A DNA stretch of 64,000 nt, from contig CP075493.1 of the NCBI GenBank assembly GCA_021613535.1, forward strand, positions 6,510,001 to 6,574,000, given 5' to 3'. The notes beneath the pieces were generated by a model, which did not search any database, was not told the DNA's origin, and saw only the letters and a list, made by a program, of their open reading frames with translations. Shown in pieces: positions 53,401 to 64,000 of this stretch; positions within the stretch are counted from its first letter, which is position 1, and each line of letters starts with the position of its first letter. The DNA is from Adineta vaga. Its lineage: Eukaryota; Animalia; Rotifera. A program made the position numbers and the translations under genes.

Positions 53401-53994
53401 AGAACGAAGAAAAATAAGAAAAGTGCCACTGTCTCATCGCTGCTTATTTCCTTTTGATTTGTTATTCGTCGTGTTCGCTATTACTGCTAGTCACTCAGCT
53501 GCTCATTCTTTGCCAGTTGCTATGTAACTTATTTAGATATACGTGTAGATTTTCATTGACAAGTTTATTGAGTATTCTAATTCATTAGTGCAAATAGGAA
53601 AAAAAAGAAAAAGAAAGCGATACTGACATTTTCATAAAACTAATCTACTGATTGACATAGATATTTCTTGCCTCTAAATGATCGTCCTATTTTTTTTCTT
53701 GCATTGTCATTTGTAATAATGCAGATCGAATAGAGTTTCTATAGTTTGCTATTTTCCGATTAGAATATTTCTCTTTATCATTGATAATATTGAAAAAAAC
53801 TAAAATTGCTAAATTTTATTTCTATTTTAGATTATCGATGTTTGTGTTTGAGCATGTAACAAAATTTTTCTATTTTCTTTAATTATTTTCTTCAATTCCA
53901 AACAACTTTATATCTGAAACTAGTCGATGTTGAATCGTTTATCTCAAGCAAGTGTTTGTTCATTGTTCTCATCGCTGTTAGGTCTTTTATCAGC

Positions 53995-55144
53995 ATGACG
54001 GCTACTGGAACATTGATTGTCAAATATCGATTATCTCCAAATACAAAAGTCCAATCAACATTAGCACAAAGATATTCACGACGTCGTCGTCAACAAACTA
54101 ATTTCGTACAACGTAAGTATATGTATTTTAAAGGGAATAATAATTTCAATAATACAATCCTATTTTTGCCCTATTGATGAGAGAAAGACGTGATTTTTCT
54201 ACTTAGTGACTTGGTATGTGAATCGGAATTAACGAAAATATGAGTTCGAGGAAGTATAGGGCTTTTAAAAAAATGAGATATGAAACCGTGAGGTAAATAA
54301 ATATATAGCGAGAGAGGTTTTAGAAAACATGGCATAGCACAAGAAATGATTCATGAATAATTCAAGATCGTTGCTGAACAAAAAGCGAAAAAATGATAAT
54401 GAATATTTGAAATTTGACTTTTTTTCTCAAATCAACTAAGTCATCGATTTACAAAAAAAAATTAGTTCTCTTTGTAATTTCTAATTGATTTGATTTTGAT
54501 TTAATGTTTTTTTAGCTCTTCAAATAAACAATCAGAATTCTCCAACTATGTCGAATACGTTTCTTCGTGAACTTGATCTTAAAATGCAACAAGTTAGAGA
54601 ATATAATTTAATTACTCATGGTTATCGTAATGAAAATTTTCAATATCCTGTTCATGTTCGTCGTAGTCATGATGGTGAAAAATTACCACGAACAATATCG
54701 AAACATTCGCGATCGGAAAGTCGTTCGAAAAAAACCTATGTTTCTAATCCAACAATTTTAACATCATCATCCTATGAAAATCAAACGAAAATCAAACAAA
54801 AAGAAGCATCCATACGACAATTATCCTATGATGAACGTCAAACAACATTAGTCACTCCACCAAATAAAACTGTGAATGATATTAATCCATTATTAAATTC
54901 TGATCGATCACATTTACATAGAAAATCGTCATCATCATCGGCGACTTCTTCTCCCATACTTTCTACTGTTAGACCGCATTCAATTGCCGGTTTATCATTA
55001 ACAAACACAACCACAACAACAGATGATCAAACTCTAAATTCTCTATCACATTCATCTCAATCTCTATTAAATCAATCCCAATCAAGCAAAACATTAAAAC
55101 AAAGATTTTTTTCTAAACTCTTCCACCATCCATCCAAATCTTGA
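53995..55144 (+). CDS. Hypothetical S/T-rich, basic, probably disordered protein (about 248 aa)
   Basis: Two exons (53995-54112 and 54516-55144) join in frame via GTAAGT/TTTAG. Codon usage resembles neighbouring genes. No recognised domain. Confidence 0.65.
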
Positions 55145-55780
55145 TATCTAATTTGTTCTTAGTTGTTTTTCTTCAATCATTTGCTTTTTGTACACGATAA
55201 CAGTGCTTTTGCTTTTAGAGTAATTGAGCGATGATCTCAAATCTATCTCACTCATTCTCTCTATACGTATATATATATACATATAAATATATCTGTGTGT
55301 GTGCGTGTGTTTATGTATAATTACTGTTGTTTCGTAAGTCGAGTTTCATAACGGCGTGAAACAGTATTGATTGTTCATCTTGTTGTTTTTCTTTTCATTT
55401 TTCTTTTTCTCTCTCTCTCTCTCTTTTTCTTTCTTTCTTCTTCCATGTTCTAACTGTTTTGCGTATTATTGAATTAATTTTTTTCGTGTTTGTTGCTCAC
55501 GATTTCATAAAAACAAACATATAACAGAGAAAAAACTAGGTTTGATGAACAAACGAATACATATACATGATTATTATCAAGGATACTATTCATTTAATAT
55601 TTTATCATCATGAAGAAAATTCTTAGACAAAGAATATGAATAATTAACTTAGTTGTTTCTTGTCATGTTACACCTGTCTTTATTCATTCGATTCTTTTCT
55701 ATTCTTGAAATTGATGAGTGATACATGATAGTTACATATTCATCTAGATAATCTTTATTTTAAATAATTTACACGAAGTA

Positions 55781-56948
55781 TTAGACAAGTGTTGACAGTT
55801 CATCCGTTTTTGCTAGATCAATTTCATCATCACAAACATGTGTTGCATCGACTGTATGATATATAGATGCATTCATTCCACCTAATTTTCCATCGATATG
55901 AAGATTTTGCCATAATGAAACATAAGTTAATAATGTCAATAGAATAAAAATCAACCCACATCCTAATATACCTAATGAAACAATAGCAGGTATCAATGAC
56001 ATATTTAATAAAATGAATATACACATAACTAAAAAGAAAATATTTAGGAAAAATTCGTTTTATTCTTTCATTTAGTCTTACCAAGAATAAATGCAGGAAT
56101 AGATGCATAAAAACTACAGATAGCAATAAAACGTGCAGTTGAAGAACTGAATAAACAACTAAAAATAGAATGAAATTTATACAAGAAAATATCATGTGTC
56201 ATTCTTACTGATGAAGATCATTTCTATTCTGTATAATATTACAACCTAAATAAATTTCAATACTAAATATTAAAACACAAAAACAATTGAGAACAATAAT
56301 TGATAAACAAATAACAGTAGCAAATTCACGTAATGTACGATCATAAGTTGGAAGAATTAAATTTGACACTGTATCTAGTGGTGACATATAAATTGATGGG
56401 AATGTCAGATTAGTTGAATGAAGTAATCGAGAAATCATATCAGGATTATTATGAATTGAATTGAATTTTAATATAAGATTCATCGTAGTAATTGCAATTA
56501 GAATTAAACAAGCAGAAACAAAACACATGAAACATAGACTAAGAGTATTAGCACCTTTTTGTGGTACTAAAATTCGACGTCGTTCGCTAGAAATCATTGG
56601 TAAAGTTGGATCAGAAGATGAATCACGTTGTCGACTAAGATCCGTTATATTGACTCGTTCATGTCCGATTGAAACTTTATAAGATGAATTGTAAGCTGTA
56701 GTTGCTAAACGATTTAAGATTTGATTTTGTCGAGATTGAATACTTGGTTCAGATTGACTTAAAGTTGTCTGCCAATTCATATCAAAATCGAGTGGTGGAG
56801 GTGGTAGAGGAGGAATGGGCGATGATGAAGATGTCTGATCGAAGAATTGACTAATAAAATATCAAAAAAAATAGAAACGATAACAAATAATGTCTTTTAG
56901 TTGTAAAAAGTTTCAAGTGTACCTGTCATCACTATTCGGCTTCCCCAT
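55781..56948 (-). CDS. TMEM221: TMEM221 / Jiraiya-family multi-pass membrane protein
   Basis: Four exons from ATG 56948 (MGKPNSDD...). Four hydrophobic helices with the pattern LSIIVLNCFCVL...YLG, ARFIAICSFYASIPAF, and AIVSLGILGCG; C-terminus STLV* as remembered for TMEM221. Confidence 0.72.
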
Positions 56949-59595
56949 CACTCTGTATTCACAATTGTATTGACTCAATATGGCATCTCACTCAAATTCT
57001 GACACTTTCATTCGTGTTATAATAAGAGAAAAAAAGAAACGAATTCGTTATATAGTTGATCGACGCGACGCAATACAACCGTCTCACAGTATGAATATTG
57101 ATGATGATTATGAACAACTTTCAATATACACAACCATCAATTAAACGACGAATAAGATTCCATAAAAGAATATGTATATAGATGAAATTATTGGGAAGCA
57201 TTGCTTCTTTTTCTATTGTACATATTCTCTCAACCTTTGATAAGTAAAAACGATTACAACCAATTATAAGAACGATGCTATTATTATCTCTCTCTCTCTC
57301 TCTCTCTGTCTGTCTCAATGTTCGATATTCATTCGACGACATTATCATCTTTATGGCTTCTATTTATTTATAAATCGAATGCGAAGGAGAGAAAAAAAAG
57401 AAAGAAATGAGTTGATTTATAAATACGATCAACTGATTAGGTCATCACACGAACTTTCCTGTTCTACGTATTTGTTCATATATCTTTATTCAATTCACAC
57501 TCGATACAACGTATTCTTCTTATCTATATATATGTTAATCAAAAGAAACATCAAGGTTAGAATACATCAGTTTCTATTGTAAATATATTACGACTCTATA
57601 CATCAATTGAGTACTTCAATTCAATTGTAACAAATCAAATCTTTTCTTCTTCTATGTACAATTATAGTATATATATATATACATATATATTCTATACACA
57701 TGTTCATACCTTCATATGTGCGGAAAGAGAATCGATTGATGAATAATTATATGTAACTATACAAACCACAGTGGTAATATGTATATGTATCAATTCTAAT
57801 GACTACTTACAAAATAGAATGAATAGTATTCTCTATTGAAATAAGTGGAAACGATTGGCTGACAATAGCAAGTTAACGTGCTTTAGTGTATAGAATTTTC
57901 TTTTTTCTTCTTTCTTTTCTCTTCGATTCATTAGTATTATTGATATTGAATAAGAAAAATGTGTCAATGAATAGCATTTGTGAACAATAGAAATCTCAAT
58001 CGAATGTCTTTATTTGTATAATAGACAGAAGTGAATTATATGACTTTTGACTGAAATGATTGAATATGTTCAAGGAAAAAAAAGAAGTTTATCATCAAAA
58101 AACATTTCTTGTCGAAATTGATAAGAATAACGTAAGATTCAGACAATATTGACGATTAAATAACAATGAAATTATATCTGTTATTTAATTATATATTTTG
58201 TTGTCAATTCATTGAATATGATATATACAAACTATTGTATGAATAAAATATACGATAAGTAAAGCTAGAACGTGTGGGTGGATTCTTTTCTCATTTTACT
58301 GTTTGCAAACCAATAAACTGTATATTCTATTGATGTAGAGGGAATAAAACAACGAAAGTATTGATTAATATAGATCGATTGATACAAAACGGTACGAAAT
58401 AACGAATAGAAAGTTGTCTCTCGACATCTGAAAAACTGTATGTTTAAATCAAATATTTCTCTTTTGTTATTATTAAAAGTCCAAATATGAATGATCTGAG
58501 GTTGATTTTAAACAGAGCAATGTGTGATTAGTGTTTTCTCTCTTTCTTGTCTTGCCTGTGTTGTAAGCCTATTATTCAAAGCATTCTATAAGATATGCTA
58601 ATGAACGAAGAAATCAGATTTAGGGACGTTACATTGCTCTCTTGCTCGTCGTCATCATCATCATCATTCGGACTCATATGCGTGACTATTCGATTGTTAC
58701 TCTCTTGTCAACAGTTTTTCTTTTTCTCAGTTGCAAAAAAAGACGAATCAATAAGATGCTGTTGATGATGATGAAATAATAGTATCATAAAAATAAAACT
58801 TTCATTGTCATTGACCTTCTATAACGTTAAACAGAACAAACGGAACGAACAACAATATTGAGTTAACACGACATGTTCAATAATCAGTCGATACATCTTT
58901 TGAACTGAGTGCTCAATTACGATTAGCGATTGATACAAAAAGAAGAAGAGAGAAGAAAAAAAATCTCCAACGATATGATTTTCGCATCGAATTTGCAAAT
59001 GTTTTGATAATCATAGAAAGAAAAATTCGATTCCCCGATGTCTTTGCATATTTTACTTGTCTCTAAATGTGACAATTGTTCAAAAAAGATCTGAGATGGA
59101 ACGGCAAAGAAGAGAGAAAAAAAGGGAGGGAAAAAGAAAGGCTAAGATTAGATAAACGAGAGATAAAGAAGTCGTTTTTATTATTACTATGATGTTCACT
59201 AGATTTTTCGAAATCAATCTATTTAAGGCGTTGACGCGCAACTATCGTATTCTATTCATATGCTTTTATTGTATACAATTAGCTATTGATTGATCAATCT
59301 ATGTAGAAGAACCTTTTCTATTAGTAAATCGATTACGACTGAGATACTTCATGTCTCATTTCTGCGCAATTCATATTCACTAGTAATATAAATGTTGTAT
59401 CAGGGAAAAAAAGAAGAAGGACCTACTTAACTAATGATTATATCATTGATCACATTTTTTTGTTGTTGTTTGTTCAATCTTTTAGTTAATCATGATCTTC
59501 GAAACGATAATCATTTGATTCACTGTTGTTTGTTTGCGTATGTTTTACTTGCAAAAAAACTATGCATGAACGAATGGTAAGTGTCGCAGATAAGA

Positions 59596-62500
59596 ATGGA
59601 CTACAATTCCATTGTTTTTCGCGAGTTTACACCCGAATCATTACATCGTATTGAACGTTGTCGACAAGAGGAAGCTGAACGTCTTGCTTCCGATCGATTA
59701 CAACGCCAAACAATACGTGAAGACGATAGTGAACAATACAAATCAATGAACAGATCATCAAAGAATGAAAAATCTCATTTAAAAAACAAACCAAATAAAG
59801 AATTAGCAGTTGGTCAAACTTTACCCAGATCTTTACAAACGAAATTTCCTGCAGAATTAATTGGAAAACCAATTGAAGAAATCGATTGGTATTATCGAAC
59901 TGAATATGTAAGTATATCGATATCTTCTTCATAATACGAATTTATATATTTGCTTTATTTTCAAGGTATTCGTAGTTGTCAATCGAAATAAAACCATCTT
60001 TCGATTTAGTTCATCATCCGCTTGCTTCATCTTCTCTCCATTTAATTGTTTTCGTCGATTAGCAATTCGTATATTAACACATTCATTATTTAGTACATTT
60101 GTAATGTTAACAATTTTAATGAATTGTATATTTATGACTTTAAAAAATGTACCTGAAACATACGAGTAACTATTTCTGTTTATTTCATTGAAAAAAATAT
60201 TATATTGAATCAAATAGATATATCTTTACATTCATCTATACACTTGAAGCATTAACGAAATGCGTAGCACGAGGATTTATTCTCGAAAAATTTACATTTC
60301 TACGAGATCCATGGAATTGGTTAGATTTTATTGTCATTACTTTAGCGTATGTAAACATGTCTAGGTTGTTAAAATGATTCATTTTGTTTTTAGTTATATC
60401 ACAGTAATCTTTCCTCTGGGAAATGTATCTGTACTTCGAACATTTCGAGTCTTACGAGCATTAAAAACGGTAGCTGTAGTTCCAGGTAATGAAAGACAAG
60501 CTCGATTTAAAAAAAATACGATCATTACATCTTACAAATCGTTAGGTTTAAAAACAATCGTCGATGCATTGATTCAATCTCTTATTTGTCTACGTGATGT
60601 GATTGTCTTATCGAGTTTTATTCTTTCGATCTTTGCTTTGGTTTGATTGTTTCTTTGATTTTTCTTTCATCTGAAAACTTTTCGAGCATTTCTTTGTAGG
60701 TCGGTTTACAACTTTACATGGGTGTTCTCCGACAAAAATGTGTACCAACGTATGACACATTTTTAAATAATTCAAATTTTACGACGATTGATTTTAATAT
60801 GACTTTTCATGATTATCTATCCGAGATAGAAAATGGAAGTATGTTGCCTGATTGATTGATTGTTTTGATTTTGATGAAATAATTCGATATTGTTATAGCT
60901 TATTGGTATTACGAAGATGAGGTTCCCGTTGTTTGTGGAAATGCTAGCGGAAGTCGCCGGTGTCCACGGGTTACGTTTGTATGAAAGATTTAGGAAAGAA
61001 GTAAGTTTTATCTATTTCAATTCTTAACGTAATTCAAATTATCCATTTTGTTTTAGTCCTGATCATGGTTATACGAGGTAGAATTTTAGTTTTTGTTTTA
61101 ATTTTGAATGACAAATTCTTGTTCTGTTCAGCTTTGATAGTTATGGTTGGGCCATGCTTTCATGTTTTCGATTAATGACACAAGATTATTGGGAAAATCT
61201 GTATCAATTGGTAAGAAGAATGTTTTCATTTTGTATGAACATAAAAAATCTCATCGAGAAAATATGTAAATTTAGGTGCTGTCAGCTGCTGGTCGTTATC
61301 ATTTTTTCTATTTTGTTGCTGTCATCTTTTTTGGTTCATTCTATTTGGTAAACTTAATTTTAGCTATTGTATCGATGTCATATCAAGAACAACAAAAGAA
61401 AGTCAATGCTGAAAAACTGGAACGTGAACGACGAAAAGTTGAAGATGAACTTGATCAACAAAATGAAGGTATACAAAAAATAGCCGCATATGATCAATCA
61501 TTAGAAGATGAACATACAATTGACAATACACTAGTTTTTGAAAATTCTAATCGACAGCTTTCATTATCGAGTCTTTCGATTGAATATGATGAAAATTGTT
61601 TGGTAAGAAGATAATTGTCTTGTTTTTAGTAATAGATTGATGATTGTCTTATTTTCTTTTTCAAGAGATATGAACTTAAAAAGAAACAATCGATACAAAC
61701 ATCACCATTCTTATTTGAAAATGACAGTTATAGTATATCAAAACCAATGACTACGTTCGAAGAATATCATAGTTTTGATACAACAATTCCGTTTCTTGAT
61801 GATACACAACAAAGTTCAATTGATACGAAAAATTATGAAACTTTATCAAGACAACGAACAAGAAATTGGTCGTATATTTCTGAACGAATTGCTCCCGATA
61901 ATCAATCAACTATTTCAGTAATTCTTCGAATCATTAGTTCGTTGTATTCGTATCAGGAAGAAAAAAGATAGACGGATGAGTTTTTATATTCGTTTAATTA
62001 TAGAAGACAGATGATCAGAGTTATTTATATGCAAATATACCTAGTACATAGATTAGTTTGGGAATTCAAATCTCAATACATTACAAGGTCGTTGATCAAA
62101 GAGAATATCTACCATCAATATAGAAATAGATTAATAAAATGTTCTTAAGAAATTTAACTCTTTCTCTCTCACTCTCTCTCTCTCTCCTAACAATAGGTTT
62201 CACTTAGGATTATTTGAATATATAAAAAAAAGAAGCTGAATTCATATTTTGAACAATATTTATCTTTTCAATAGCTCTATCAACCAAAATCTCATATAAA
62301 ATATGCACCCATTAATCAAATACCATCCAACATCGAAGATGAAACAACCAGTATTCGTTCAAAAAGTAAGTTTCATTCATGTTATATGAATGGATTTTGT
62401 CTTTCAACTAGGAATATCTCACATAGATACATACATTACAAAACTTTGTCACCTAGTTTAAATAGATATTCTATAATTTTCTACGCACATACCCATTTAC

Positions 62501-64000
62501 ATGTTAGAGTAAGACAAACAAAAAAATTCGTTCATATTATTTTCTTTCATATCTAATCTTAATATCCCTATTGAACCTTATTTATTCTTTCTTTTGTTTT
62601 TGCACAACGTCGAAAAGGCATTTATATAGTTTGATTTGATTTCTTATATAAATGCATGTTTGTAGTTTAGTATATGTTTGTTTTCCATTTCGTTACTTAT
62701 CTAGAAAAACATACTGTACTGTACAAGGTCAATCATCATATCGATGACCGTGACAGTTCACGTGTTCAGTGTCGTCTACTTTTAACTGCAAATGAGCATG
62801 CAAGACAGTTGCAACATCATCCTAAGAAACGTTTGAACATCGTCATTTCAGATATGGATACAAGCAATACATGCGATCGGCCAATGATGAAATTCCTTTT
62901 GAATACTTGTTTTGAATGGAATTTTTCTTCACCTTCCTTTCAAAAATTTCAAGTAAGATTCATTCGTAAAGATAGAATTCAATTCTAGAATGTTTGAATT
63001 TTCTAGGCTCTCGTAGCATTTTTCATCTTAGATGCATTTGTTGATTTATTTATCACAATATGTATTATATTGAATACATTTTTTATGGCTCTTGATCAAC
63101 CAGGTCAAAGTGAAAAGATGACATCATTATTGGCGGCGGGAAATTATATTTTCACGGGAATATTTACTACGGAAGCCATTTTGAAAATTATTGCCAAATC
63201 ACCGGCAAAATATTTAAAAGATGGATGGAATGTTTTCGATTTATTTATTGTTACATTAAGTCTTGTAGAATTAGGTTTGGCAAATATCAAAGGTCTTAGT
63301 GTTTTACGATCATTTCGTTTAGTAAGTTTTGAAATTCGTTTTTTATTTGATTTATTAATTTTCTCGATGTAAGTTACGAGTATTTAAACTGGCAAAATCA
63401 TGGCCAACTTTAAATCGTCTTATGTCAATTATTGGAAAAACTATTGGAGCTTTAGGAAATTTAACATTAGTACTTGTTATCATTATTTTCATTTTTGCTG
63501 TTATGGGCATGCAAGTAAGTTTGAAAGAATACGTTTCTTCTTTATTAAATTCTATAATATTAAAGTTGTTTGGTCCACATTATGCAAAAGAATTTTCAAA
63601 AGATATGCCACGATGGAATTTTGTGGATTTCTTTCATGCATTTATGTAAGTTGTATTGATATAGATATATCATTTGCAGAAGAAAAATGAAATTATTTTT
63701 TCAAAGGATTGTATTTCGTGTATTATGTGGTGAGTGGATTGAATCAATGTGGACATGTTTAGCCTGTGCTGGTTGGCCTTGTGTACCATTTTTTCTTTTC
63801 ACATTTGTTATTGGTAATCTTGTGGTATGTAGATATCATTTTTTCCATTGATGAACAATGAGCTTTTGAATTGTGTTGAATGGATGTATTCTTCTTAGGT
63901 CTTGAATTTATTTTTGGCTCTTCTACTTGCATCATTTGGTTCAAATGTTCTTGCTGAGCGAGAAAAAGAAGATGATGATAATAAAATTGGTGAAGCTATT
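59596..64000 (+). CDS. Voltage-gated sodium channel alpha subunit, Nav1/para-like (domains I-II; runs off window; contains an apparent frameshift)
   Basis: [21 protein letters not shown]4 [14 protein letters not shown] pore [18 protein letters not shown]4 [22 protein letters not shown] pore [13 protein letters not shown], and IIS6 [16 protein letters not shown]. The exon at 60899-61000 is 1 nt short. Confidence 0.93.

Noticed and set aside
52816-53457. Lys/Arg- or Phe-rich short ORFs (also 20048-20233, 50453-50786, 57121-57582)
   Set aside because: Translations of CTT/AAG, TC and TG simple repeats in UTR or intergenic DNA.
1-64000. tRNA, rRNA, spliceosomal snRNA, CRISPR arrays, autonomous transposons, prokaryotic operons
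   Set aside because: None recognised by eye; the DNA is intron-rich animal sequence. A covariance-model scan would be needed to exclude small RNAs fully.

Overview
Eukaryotic (animal) genomic DNA, very AT-rich and gene-dense, with many 50-60 nt GT-AG introns. The style suggests a bdelloid rotifer, but that is inference only. I reconstructed about 19 spliced protein-coding genes by hand: alpha-neurexin, PP2C, RPL8, V-ATPase G, KLHDC9, single-minded, WDR35/IFT121, a CD225/dispanin gene nested in a WDR35 intron, ATP synthase epsilon, a RING-finger + IRG-like GTPase, a tyramine/octopamine GPCR, Rab28, FoxQ2, KIF17/OSM-3, UBAP2L/lingerer-like, a Boule/DAZ-like RRM protein, an unknown S/T-rich protein, TMEM221/jiraiya, and the 5' half of a Nav1-type sodium channel. 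Non-coding elements include a C/D box snoRNA in an RPL8 intron and a 181-bp hAT-type MITE with an 8-bp TSD. The most notable observations are: (1) a nearly intronless RING-IRG GTPase fusion lying about 6 kb from a same-strand nested IFITM/CD225-family gene, a possible invertebrate cell-autonomous immunity module; (2) the intronic snoRNA with a predicted 28S target; (3) a 1-nt frameshift in the Nav domain I pore loop. Gene identities come from remembered family motifs, not database searches.
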